Part shown: piece after piece, positions 1-8,957 of the stretch
Layout: the number at the start of each line of letters is the position of its first letter
Position numbering within the stretch: the stretch's first letter is position 1
Notes under the pieces: model-generated
What the model was told of the DNA's origin: nothing
The model's input: the letters and a program-made list of their open reading frames with translations, nothing else
The model's database searches: none
Made by a program: the position numbers and the translations under genes
Assembly (NCBI GenBank): GCA_038893995.1
Contig: JAWAQK010000007.1
Location: 1-57,314, forward strand
Direction: 5' to 3'
Length of the DNA stretch: 57,314 nt
From: Candidatus Thorarchaeota archaeon
GTDB taxonomy: Archaea > Asgardarchaeota > Thorarchaeia > Thorarchaeales > Thorarchaeaceae

Positions 1-113
1 GTCCTCCCGAGTCCTTCAGGCTGGGTGCTCTGATAAGGATGTCGGAGTAGGGGTAACAATGCCTTTAAGACGGTGAGGACTTATCCTACAGAAGGTGCGA
101 GGTGTAACGGTCG

Positions 114-926
114 TTGAGATATGCTCTTGGCGTCTTCCTGGGTGCATTGCTCTCAGGTGTGATCTTCCTGGGTGCTGCTGCGATCAGGCTTGCTGGATTC
201 GGACTCACTGACTCTGAGCAATTGCGGGCCCTCTGGGACCTGTTCAAGGCATGGTATCTGGTCTGCATCCTGGTCCTAGTCGTGCCTCCCATACTTGTAT
301 ACTTCCTCAGACGCTCGCTGTTCCGGGAGTGGCTCGTATTTGAGATCGGTGGGGTATCATTCTTCTCTCCTCTCTGGCTATTGCTGTCAGCTGAGATCGC
401 TGGTACTCCTGTGTCAGTGTTCCTCACGGAGGGTGCGTCGTCAGCATTGCCGTTCCTCGACCAGAATGGGAACATCGTGGGCGTAGATGTGGGCCCCCTG
501 ATTATCATACCTATGATCATCATATCGCTGGGCATAGGCCTGATCATGCTGAGACCCAGTCTTGTGAAGAGACTGACCTCTCCTGCAGAGAAACCTGCCG
601 CTCAAGAAATCGGTCCCAAGACCAAAGCTACCGCTGCAAAGAAGGAGCCGCAACCAACAGCTGGACCGACCGTCCCCTCCGACGATGAGCTGCCAAGGGT
701 GAGCGCGCCAGTCCCAGATGAGCGAAGCATGAACGAAATGCGCTCTGTACTGGCCGAGATCGGAGCCTCCCCTCAAGTCTCAGATGCACTGATTCGCGCT
801 GGTATCGGGACCATCGAACAGCTGACGACGACAAGACCCGAGAAACTTGCATCACTGGCGGGGATAGGCATTGACGAGGCTCGAAGACTGAGCGCCCAGA
901 TAATGAAACGGTTGACTTCAGCCTAG
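114..926 (+). CDS. Membrane protein (about 4 TM) with Pro/Ala/Lys linker and C-terminal helix-hairpin-helix (HhH)-like domain
   Basis: Hydrophobic N-terminal segments; low-complexity linker; C-terminal 'LIRAGIGTIEQL...LASLAGIGIDEARRL' resembles tandem HhH motifs. Confidence 0.7.
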   Translation: MRYALGVFLGALLSGVIFLGAAAIRLAGFGLTDSEQLRALWDLFKAWYLVCILVLVVPPILVYFLRRSLFREWLVFEIGGVSFFSPLWLLLSAEIAGTPVSVFLTEGASSALPFLDQNGNIVGVDVGPLIIIPMIIISLGIGLIMLRPSLVKRLTSPAEKPAAQEIGPKTKATAAKKEPQPTAGPTVPSDDELPRVSAPVPDERSMNEMRSVLAEIGASPQVSDALIRAGIGTIEQLTTTRPEKLASLAGIGIDEARRLSAQIMKRLTSA

Positions 927-1002
927 ATCGAGACCTCCGAGTCTGCCAGTGACCTGGACCCCACGCTAGGATGCATTGCAGCTCAGGACTCTCCATAAGC
1001 GA

Positions 1003-1755
1003 TCAGTCAGAGCTGGAGCTGTCAGGAGATGTGATCGCCTCGAGAGAAACAGGAATGAGATCACGTAATGATGGTCCTGTGTCCAACCTGGCCTCCTTCT
1101 CGACCGGTTCACCAATGATTTCACATATACAGCCTGTCCTGACTCCCCTGATCTGACCAAGCACAAACAGCACGGCGGACTCCATCTCTGTTGCCAATAC
1201 GTTTGCCCTCTGAAGAGATCGCCAGTATTCCCTGGCTGCCTCGGGACTAGTTGTCTTGTCTGGGATCTCGCTATAGAATGAGTCCTTTGTATGGCCTATC
1301 CCCACCTTGTATCTGACGCCTCTCGCCCGGGCTGCTCCAACCAGTGCCCTGACAACATCGTAGTCCGCGACTGCAGGGTACTCGACTGGCACATACTGCC
1401 TGCTGGTACCGTCTCCCCTGACGGAGGCGGTGAAGATCGCCAGGTCGCCTCTCTCGAGCGACGGGTCTACTGCACCTGCGGTGCCCACTCTGATGAAGGT
1501 CCTGCATCCCAGTTCTATCAGCTCCTCCAGGGCAATTGCGGCTGACGGACATCCTATGCCTGTTGAGCATACACCCACCGAAACGCCTCTGTACGTTCCC
1601 CTGTAGCTCCAGTACTCCCTTCGCTGGGCTATTGGCGTGTGTTCATCCAGGAACTCCTCCGCGATGCGTGCTGCCCTCTGGGGGTCTCCAGGAAGGAGTA
1701 CCCTCTCTGGAATCTCTCCTCTGGCTATGCCCAAGTGATACGTCCTGGAACTCAC
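1003..1755 (-). CDS. udp: Uridine/nucleoside phosphorylase (PNP/UDP family)
   Basis: Motifs LPGDPQRA, STGIGCPS, IRVGTAG, EMESA. Confidence 0.9.
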   Translation of the reverse strand: MSSRTYHLGIARGEIPERVLLPGDPQRAARIAEEFLDEHTPIAQRREYWSYRGTYRGVSVGVCSTGIGCPSAAIALEELIELGCRTFIRVGTAGAVDPSLERGDLAIFTASVRGDGTSRQYVPVEYPAVADYDVVRALVGAARARGVRYKVGIGHTKDSFYSEIPDKTTSPEAAREYWRSLQRANVLATEMESAVLFVLGQIRGVRTGCICEIIGEPVEKEARLDTGPSLRDLIPVSLEAITSPDSSSSD

Positions 1756-1796
1756 TTTGGTTCACTCCGTTACTGTGAAGATTCTCATTGCAGGCG

Positions 1797-2783
1797 TCAT
1801 AGGTACCTCACTATGGTGTCTACGACATCGTAAGTGTTCTCCGGGTGCTTGTCACAGAACAGTCGCGTCCGGATGCTATTTGACGTCACGATCTTCCCCT
1901 CGGACTTGCGATACAGATCTTCAAGCAACTCTTCTCCCTTGTCGACTAAGGGAAGTACATGTGCCACTGCCAGTCCCACGTCGACAGCACCCTGACTCCT
2001 GAGCCTCTCTGCAGCCTTCAATAGAGTGCTACCACTCTTGGTCAGATCGTCTAGCACTATTACTCGTCTGCCTTTCACATCAAGTTCGCCATGAAGTTCG
2101 ACCGTGAATGAATCATGTCTCGACTTGCCATATCCTGACATTGAGAATCGTTCCTGGCCTCCCTCATCAGGGCTCACAGCAATATATTCAGAGAATCCGA
2201 ACCTCCTGCTGGCAAACTCCAGCAGGTCATGGGTCAGGTCTATCTTCTCATAGACCCCTCTCTCCACGAGCTCGCGGACCCAGTCCAGGCTCTCAGGAGC
2301 GTGGGGATTGATGACATACATCTTGTCTGCGGCCTCGAGTATCGCCCTCGTTGCCCACCTTGCAGATATGGCCTCGCCAGTCTTGAACGCCTTATCCTGA
2401 AGCGCGAATGGTTGAAAGGTCAGAACGACCTCGACTCTCTCGGGCGGGTCTAGCTGGGTTGCGCGATACATCTTATGGCCCGTTTCTTCGACCTCATAGG
2501 GATTCTTGAGAATGTCAAGAATCAGGAGTAGCTCCACCACCCTGTCAGAGGTGGTGTATGGTTCTATTTCAGCGGGGCCGGCACCAGTGCAAGACTGGAC
2601 AACGATCACTCTCTTGTTAGACAGGTCTGCAATGTCAGGCAGCCGCGCATATATGTCCGCGTTGGGGAAGATCCTCTTCCCATCGTAGTTGACGTTGCAG
2701 CAGTGTACGTCACAACCGTGCCTGAGGAAGCTCTCTCTCAGATGCTCTGAGCCACTGGCCAAGACTACATCCAAGCCCGCCAT
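1797..2783 (-). CDS. Ribose-phosphate pyrophosphokinase-like protein (divergent; probable start MAGLDVV)
   Basis: FPNADIYARL, VIVVQS, FALQDKAFKTGEAISA, SPDEGG and PRPP-loop VLDDLTKSGSTL match the archaeal Prs layout. Confidence 0.75.
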   Translation of the reverse strand: MAGLDVVLASGSEHLRESFLRHGCDVHCCNVNYDGKRIFPNADIYARLPDIADLSNKRVIVVQSCTGAGPAEIEPYTTSDRVVELLLILDILKNPYEVEETGHKMYRATQLDPPERVEVVLTFQPFALQDKAFKTGEAISARWATRAILEAADKMYVINPHAPESLDWVRELVERGVYEKIDLTHDLLEFASRRFGFSEYIAVSPDEGGQERFSMSGYGKSRHDSFTVELHGELDVKGRRVIVLDDLTKSGSTLLKAAERLRSQGAVDVGLAVAHVLPLVDKGEELLEDLYRKSEGKIVTSNSIRTRLFCDKHPENTYDVVDTIVRYL

Positions 2784-3025
2784 GCGTTGCACCGAATGGG
2801 GGGCGCGGCAAGTCGACTTATGAACTTCACCATCCACATTGTGTACATGCGCCTGTGTCCAGTTCCTGTTCCAGGGCCTTTGAACATCCTCCGGGGTCAC
2901 ATTCAAGAGAACGCCTACCGAAGGCGTGTGACGTGGTTCCTGCAGTTGGGTTCCAGCCCATGCTCCTGAATATCTGCGTTAGGTTAAAGGCACGATGTCG
3001 CTCAGCCAATTTGAGGGGAACTGAT

Positions 3026-3745
3026 TTGGCACAAACGGCAAGAGACATGATAAAGAGGATTGCAGCGAGGACGGGCATCAGCTACGAGGAGATAGGACTC
3101 GAGGTAAACTCTCTCATTCAGTCGGGTGCAAGTCTTGAAGAGGCCATCAAGAAAGTTGCAGTGAGGCTAGGGCTCGATCCCGTGGAATATGGGTTCGATG
3201 CAGAGGCAATCGATGCCGAGATGAGATCAATTCTTGGTTCTGGCTATGCGCAGACTCTCATGATCACAGCTGTGCTGAGCCAGATGGTCGCTCCAGTGGG
3301 CCGCGGTCGTCTTGCGGTGCCAGCCTTTCTGCTGTTTGCGGAGATCCTCTCTGAGGTCAAAGACATCCCACCTGAAACACATGTTGACATCGCTCAGAGT
3401 GTCAGCGAATCTAGCATCAGGATCATAGACCTCGTAACTACTCTGGTGTCGCTCTTCTATCAGTGGTCCGATGATGGAATCAAGAGCGTGTCTCCCTCAT
3501 GCCCTGAGCGACTTGTTCCCCTGGCCCGAACGGTACTGAGACGGATAAGGCTCTATGAGCATGGCATCTGGACCTGCCTGTCGTGCGGCAGACTGGTTCA
3601 TGTCAGTGATTTGAGTTCGCTTCTATGTCCTGAGTGTGAATCTCGTGCAATTTCCGACGATTCATGGGTACATTACGATGATGAGCATGCAACCAGACAC
3701 CGAGGGGGCTACGGTCGTACCTTCGATAGCGATGACGATGTCTGA
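3026..3745 (+). CDS. Hypothetical helical protein with C-terminal zinc finger (CxxC...CxxC) and acidic tail
   Basis: CLSCG...LCPEC; TATA-like ggttaaag near 2982; start uncertain (TTG 3026 or ATG 3047). Confidence 0.65.
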   Translation: MAQTARDMIKRIAARTGISYEEIGLEVNSLIQSGASLEEAIKKVAVRLGLDPVEYGFDAEAIDAEMRSILGSGYAQTLMITAVLSQMVAPVGRGRLAVPAFLLFAEILSEVKDIPPETHVDIAQSVSESSIRIIDLVTTLVSLFYQWSDDGIKSVSPSCPERLVPLARTVLRRIRLYEHGIWTCLSCGRLVHVSDLSSLLCPECESRAISDDSWVHYDDEHATRHRGGYGRTFDSDDDV

Positions 3746-3933
3746 CGGGTCCTATTGCATCCATTGGTCCGGATGCCATGAGACCGTTCCCTCCGGATGC
3801 AACATGCGTGCGACGCAGGTTGGAGGAAAGTTCAGTTTCTGAATCGCACTGACAGGGATCTTCCGTCTTGGCACAGGCGGACTTGGCCTGCCCCGTACTT
3901 GCAAGTTGCCGGTTCAGAGACGCTCTTCATCCA

Positions 3934-4497
3934 TCATCCACGAATTATCTCAAGCAGCTCTGCCAGCCTCTTCCGGACATCGCTCTCTAGACTGCGTAGC
4001 TCTGCGAGTCTTCGGATGTGTTCGATATGCTGCTTGCGATACTCAGAGTCGGACAAGGTCCCGTTTCTGCGTTTCAACTCAAGTTGGTCCATTTCCGCAT
4101 TGATGCTGTCCCTCTGTTGAATGATGAGGTCGAATCCCTGCTTGAGCCCCATCCACTCGACCATGGCATTGGCCTTTTCCTGTTCAATTCTCTCTCGGCG
4201 AAGCCTCTCCTCCTCCTTCAATGCGATCTTGACGTTTGCAGCCCTTATCTCTCTCTGAATCTCCTGGAGTCTTGCTTCTACCTCTCTCTTGACTTGAATG
4301 AGCTCTGTTGACCTATGCCACATGTCCCGATAGCGCTCCATGTACTCGCTATCGGATATCCCTCCTGCGTTGTGCAGCCTGTCTAGGTCCGCGAGTTCTC
4401 CTTGGATCTCGGCCAGCCTTCTCTTGACCTCCTCATAAGACTCTCGTAACGCGGTCCATTCGACAGTGTACTCCGATAGTATAAGCCTAGGATCCAT
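3934..4497 (-). CDS. Coiled-coil protein with two SHOCT/CdvA-like helical-hairpin repeats
   Basis: Repeats LHNAGGISDSEY and KRRNGTLSDSEY within a charged heptad sequence; probable start MDPRL. Confidence 0.7.
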   Translation of the reverse strand: MDPRLILSEYTVEWTALRESYEEVKRRLAEIQGELADLDRLHNAGGISDSEYMERYRDMWHRSTELIQVKREVEARLQEIQREIRAANVKIALKEEERLRRERIEQEKANAMVEWMGLKQGFDLIIQQRDSINAEMDQLELKRRNGTLSDSEYRKQHIEHIRRLAELRSLESDVRKRLAELLEIIRG

Positions 4498-4691
4498 CTG
4501 GTATGGGTCCTCTTCAACACGCCGAGAGTCTGGAGTCAATTGAGCCCTCTCCTGCTGCAGCTGAATCACACAGTTGCGTATTCTCCACTTAAGTACTTCT
4601 CTGACACGTCGGAGAAGCGGCTGGAGCTGCTTGGTCGCCAGAAACACCTAAATGCCTGCCCTGCGTGCGCTTTGGTCGGGTCTGGAACTTG

Positions 4692-5768
4692 GTGAAGATC
4701 AAGGTCACTCGCGCACCAAACGAGCAACTCAGGCCAAAACCCAATGATATGAAGAGGGTCGGATTCGGGACCATCTTCACCGACCACATGCTGATCATGC
4801 GATACAGGAACGGTGCCTGGGAAACGCCGGAGATCGTGCCATATGGACCCCTGCCCCTAGACCCCGCAACGTCAGTCCTTCACTACGGACAGGGTATCTT
4901 CGAGGGAATGAAGGCCTATAGGCGTGGGAGAAGGATCTTCCTATTCCGTCCCAGAGACAACTTCGAGCGACTCAATAGGTCTGCTGAACGGATGGTCATG
5001 CCTACTATTGATGTCGACCTCTTGCTCGACTCCCTGAAGGAGTTGCTGCTGCTCGAACGGGACTGGATCCCACAGGATAGAGGCACCTCGCTGTATATCC
5101 GCCCCACAATGATTGCAACTGATGCTAGACTTGGTGTTCACCCATCGAAAGAGTATCTCTACTTTGTTATTCTGAGCCCTGTTGGACCATACTTCGATGA
5201 GGGATTCAATCCAATACGTGTGATAGTGTCTGACAAGTATGTGCGCTCTGCTCCAGGTGGCGTTGGTCATGCTAAGACCATCGGAAACTATGCAGCGGGA
5301 CTGAAGGCACTGAAGGAAGCCATCGCAACAGGCCATTCTCAGGTTCTCTGGTTGGATGCCGTCGAGCGCCGATATGTCGAAGAGGTGGCTACAATGAACT
5401 TCTTTGCCGTCTTCGGACAGGAACTTGTCACCCCTCCCTTATCCGACACGATACTTCCTGGTGTCACTAGGGCGTCAGTAATTGAGCTTGCACGAAGTCT
5501 CGGGACCAAGGTCAGCGAGAGACCCATCGCAATTGATGAGCTGATTGCAGGAATCAGATCGGGTACTGTGACAGAACTATTTGGAACGGGAACTGCGGCA
5601 ATTGTCGCTCCAATCGGCCAGCTCACATACAAGGGCAATACATACACAGTAAGGAATGGTGAGGCCGGTGAGATGTCCCGACGACTCTTCGATCTCCTGA
5701 CCGACCTTCAAGTCGGTCTCCTTGAGGACAAGTGGGGCTGGGTCGAATCAATCGAGTGTCCTGAGTGA
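4692..5768 (+). CDS. ilvE: Branched-chain amino acid aminotransferase
   Basis: FTDHM, LHYGQGIFEGMKAY, LYIRP, KTIGNY (PLP lysine), ILPGVTR, GTGTAA. Confidence 0.95.
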   Translation: MKIKVTRAPNEQLRPKPNDMKRVGFGTIFTDHMLIMRYRNGAWETPEIVPYGPLPLDPATSVLHYGQGIFEGMKAYRRGRRIFLFRPRDNFERLNRSAERMVMPTIDVDLLLDSLKELLLLERDWIPQDRGTSLYIRPTMIATDARLGVHPSKEYLYFVILSPVGPYFDEGFNPIRVIVSDKYVRSAPGGVGHAKTIGNYAAGLKALKEAIATGHSQVLWLDAVERRYVEEVATMNFFAVFGQELVTPPLSDTILPGVTRASVIELARSLGTKVSERPIAIDELIAGIRSGTVTELFGTGTAAIVAPIGQLTYKGNTYTVRNGEAGEMSRRLFDLLTDLQVGLLEDKWGWVESIECPE

Positions 5769-5875
5769 TCCCCCTCGGTCAGTGATGCGTGAGCCTCTGT
5801 CAGACCCTCATCTCCTAGCGATTACTCTCCCTACGTTCTCTCCTCACTCGGGCCTCTCATAACAGAGCCACATCA

Positions 5876-6088
5876 TTACTGCTTATGCAGCATTGACACG
5901 TAAAGGATGTCTTCGTAGCCAACTATTCCGATGCCTGCCTCATTCTCTAAAACTACGTGGTCTTCTCTGACATCACGTACCCTGACATTTGGAATCTTTG
6001 CAAGCGTGTCCTTTTGCAAATGACGTAGGTAGACCGTGAATACGGCCTTTTGTCCTATGAGTTCCTGAAACACTGGCTTCCAGTTCAC
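5876..6088 (-). CDS. Small hypothetical beta-rich protein (possibly Sm/LSm-like fold)
   Basis: 70 aa, protein-like composition; N-terminal helix then strands (LIGQK...VREDHVVLE...IVGYEDILYV); TATA-like element upstream. Confidence 0.6.
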   Translation of the reverse strand: MNWKPVFQELIGQKAVFTVYLRHLQKDTLAKIPNVRVRDVREDHVVLENEAGIGIVGYEDILYVSMLHKQ

Positions 6089-6329
6089 GCTCTCACTCTC
6101 GTTGTACCGGTGCGCGCTACAATTTAACGGTTACTGGGCAGTCGGCTCACCGGTCCCTGTAGATCGTGTATCCTGAACATGTCGCTCAAGCATCCGGCGT
6201 GAGATCCGGGTCATTGTATCTGACTGATTGGCCCGTGTGCATCTTAGTCTTCTCGTCGATCGGCATAGTTGCACAACAGTACTGCGTAGCCTGAGTGACC
6301 GTATCCATGGTCGGTCCCACTGCAATATG

Positions 6330-6794
6330 TCAAGAAAGTATCCTCACTTCTGCGCTCATTCCTAATTCAGTGAGGACACGGACAGAGAGGGAAATCGGAT
6401 CCGTTCCGTCCACTACTCGATACAGATGTGTGGAAGACCTACCGCCCATGTCTGAACAACCAAACCCGACAGGTCCTGGCTGGATGTTCGGATCATCGCG
6501 CAGAGCTGCTGCAATCCTTCTCTCTGTAGGTATTGGCGTCCATGCCGATACCACGGCCCTCACTGAACCATACCCCGGAACGAGACGGTCAATGTGCCAG
6601 TGCATCTTCTTGTCACGTGATAGATGTCTTCGTATCCTGCCCTCCAGTGAACTGGACCCTGTACCCATGGCTGAGCCAACATAGAGCCATGTACCGTGTC
6701 TGAGTTTCACAGTACCAAGAGCGCCGACATCGATGTCGCTATCATTGACCACTTCAATGATCAGAATGTAGACCCCTCTACTCATTCGATTCAC
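6330..6794 (-). CDS. DUF123 / GIY-YIG (Uri superfamily) endonuclease
   Basis: GVYILII, YVGSA, RIRRH, HWHID, GFGCSD, THLY. Confidence 0.85.
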   Translation of the reverse strand: MNRMSRGVYILIIEVVNDSDIDVGALGTVKLRHGTWLYVGSAMGTGSSSLEGRIRRHLSRDKKMHWHIDRLVPGYGSVRAVVSAWTPIPTERRIAAALRDDPNIQPGPVGFGCSDMGGRSSTHLYRVVDGTDPISLSVRVLTELGMSAEVRILS

Positions 6795-7842
6795 TAGTCC
6801 TGTTTGTCCCTATGTGTTCAGCGCGAGCAACTGGTACGATTATACTCCTGATCAGTCTGAGTGCCTCGCCACCACTGAGTACACCCGCATCAAGCTCTCT
6901 GAGGACTCGCAGTATGGACGGTCCTACCATCCTCCAGCCAACACTATGCGCACGACGTAGGGCTGCGCACCCGAACACGGCCCCTGGTACCCTGAGGCCA
7001 CGATCCCGTGTGATGCTCCTAGTCCGATACTTGGACCATGCAAGAGCTGCAGGGAGGTGGACCATTAGAACCTCGTCTACTAGTATCACCGACTGTCGCC
7101 CAGTGGGCAGTGTTTCGCCAGTCACCACGCATGGTATGCCACAGCGTCGGACATGATCCAGCACCGTGTCAAGGACTATCTGGTGGCAACGTCTGCATGG
7201 GTGCTGCCTTCCCGCATTGGCCAGCGGCCCGATCTCTGAGACGTCCTCGCCGGGGTCGACCATGACATTAACAACCCCTATCTTGTCGCAGTTCTCTTTC
7301 AGATGGTGTTTCAAGGAGGGACTCAGGTAGCAATCTCCCATGTCTACAGTGATGGCAAGCGGCCTCATGCCCGCCTCAACCATGAACGCAAGCACAGCCG
7401 TACTGTCCGTCCCACCGGATAGTGCTACCGAAACACCCACTCTCTCGTCGGGGCACTGTGCGATGGTGGTTTCCATCTCTGGATACTTCATCTCGGCCTC
7501 TGCCACACGCACAAGCCATTCGAGGATGGTCCTCTGTGGAGGGCTGACAGAGTCCGCAAGTTCTTCGCATCTCTCTCTCGTCATCTGCAGACGATGCCTT
7601 CTGGTAAGGAGTTCCTCCTGCGAATAGACACTGATGCTAGTTCCGATTGCTCTGGAGAGTTCCGCAGCAACCCTCCCTCCTGGCCCCATCATGAGACTCT
7701 TCTCCGCCCTGTCCGTCGTCACCACATGCAGGCTACCATCGTGGTGTCGATATACTGCTGTGATCAGAGGCGGCACTCCTCGTGCATATCCTAGCCTGGT
7801 ACGTGTCTCTGCGAGCAGACGCTCAATCTGCTGAAGGCTCAT
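6778..7842 (-). CDS. KH-domain + PP-loop ATPase (predicted tRNA-modification type)
   Basis: DRAEKSLMMGPGG (KH-like GxxG), PP-loop ALSGGTDS, HPCRRCH, FGC. Confidence 0.85.
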   Translation of the reverse strand: MSLQQIERLLAETRTRLGYARGVPPLITAVYRHHDGSLHVVTTDRAEKSLMMGPGGRVAAELSRAIGTSISVYSQEELLTRRHRLQMTRERCEELADSVSPPQRTILEWLVRVAEAEMKYPEMETTIAQCPDERVGVSVALSGGTDSTAVLAFMVEAGMRPLAITVDMGDCYLSPSLKHHLKENCDKIGVVNVMVDPGEDVSEIGPLANAGRQHPCRRCHQIVLDTVLDHVRRCGIPCVVTGETLPTGRQSVILVDEVLMVHLPAALAWSKYRTRSITRDRGLRVPGAVFGCAALRRAHSVGWRMVGPSILRVLRELDAGVLSGGEALRLIRSIIVPVARAEHIGTNRTSESNE

Positions 7843-7941
7843 CTCTCTGGGCCATGTAGTGTTCGAAGAAAAACTGATCGCGCGGTCCCGATACCATCAT
7901 AAGCACCCCTCAGAACCTCTGATCACAAACGGGGGCTCTCA

Positions 7942-8901
7942 ATGGAAGAGATTGTGCCGGGATACTGCGTGGTCAGACGTGATCCCGTAGACGATCTGGG
8001 TCTCATCTCGACGTATATCGTTCACGACTCTGATAGGGCGCTAGTGGTTGATCCAGGGACTGCAGGAAACCCGGGCCCGGCCACGGTCAAATCGATACAG
8101 GAACTTGGGCTTGACCCTTCAAGTGATCTGGTCGGTATCGTCTGTACCCATGGTCATCCCGACCACATAGGGGGTGTGGGCACACTGAAGAAGGTCACTG
8201 GTGCACCAGTGATGATTCACGCAGACGATGCAAGGATGTTGGAGGTTCCCCGCGCATTTGTCGATGAACGTCTCGTACTAGACAAGATAGGCAAGCTGGC
8301 AACGATGTTCGAGCATGGACCACTGAAGGTCAACTACAAGGGTATCCGTCCCGATATGTTGCTGACCGATGGTCAGTCAATACAGGTTGGAGATATTCGG
8401 TTAGAAGTAGTCCACACCGGAGGACATTCCGCGGGACACGTAGTGTTGTTCGATCGTAGACGAAGGGTACTTCTCTCTGGTGACGAGATATGCAACTATC
8501 CACTAGACCCTAGACTGTTCTATCTTGACCTCTCGGGCAATCTGACAATGAAGCTCTCCGCCCTCGAGATGTTGTCATCTCTGAACCCTGAGCATGTCCT
8601 TCCATTTCATGACTATCCCTGCTCCTCTGAGCGCGCGCTCAGAAGCATATGTGATATGAGGGAAGGGGTACTTGAATTCAAGGACGTGGTCCTACAGACA
8701 CTCGAACTGAGATCGGAGGCAGATCTTGCCCAGCTCTGTTATGACATCTCAGACTTCTTCGCCCATATTGTTCCTCGCGGGCCTGAGGCTCTTCTCTCGA
8801 CCACAGTCTTTGTTGCACTCAGAAGCCTCGAGACCTCTGGAATAGTCCACAGAAAGGCGAATGGAATATGGAAGGTCGTATCGCCCGTACAACCCCGTTA
8901 G
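7942..8901 (+). CDS. Metallo-beta-lactamase-fold hydrolase with C-terminal winged helix
   Basis: THGHPDHIGG, GGHSAGH, SGD, LPFH. Confidence 0.9.
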   Translation: MEEIVPGYCVVRRDPVDDLGLISTYIVHDSDRALVVDPGTAGNPGPATVKSIQELGLDPSSDLVGIVCTHGHPDHIGGVGTLKKVTGAPVMIHADDARMLEVPRAFVDERLVLDKIGKLATMFEHGPLKVNYKGIRPDMLLTDGQSIQVGDIRLEVVHTGGHSAGHVVLFDRRRRVLLSGDEICNYPLDPRLFYLDLSGNLTMKLSALEMLSSLNPEHVLPFHDYPCSSERALRSICDMREGVLEFKDVVLQTLELRSEADLAQLCYDISDFFAHIVPRGPEALLSTTVFVALRSLETSGIVHRKANGIWKVVSPVQPR

Positions 8902-8957
8902 GTTCAATAGTACCCTTGAGCTTGATTGTCATTCCTGACTAGCAGGGGTGGACCTGG

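Noticed and set aside
6330-6794. GIY-YIG gene as a homing endonuclease or mobile element
   Set aside because: DUF123-type housekeeping form overlapping the PP-loop gene; no intron, intein or terminal repeats
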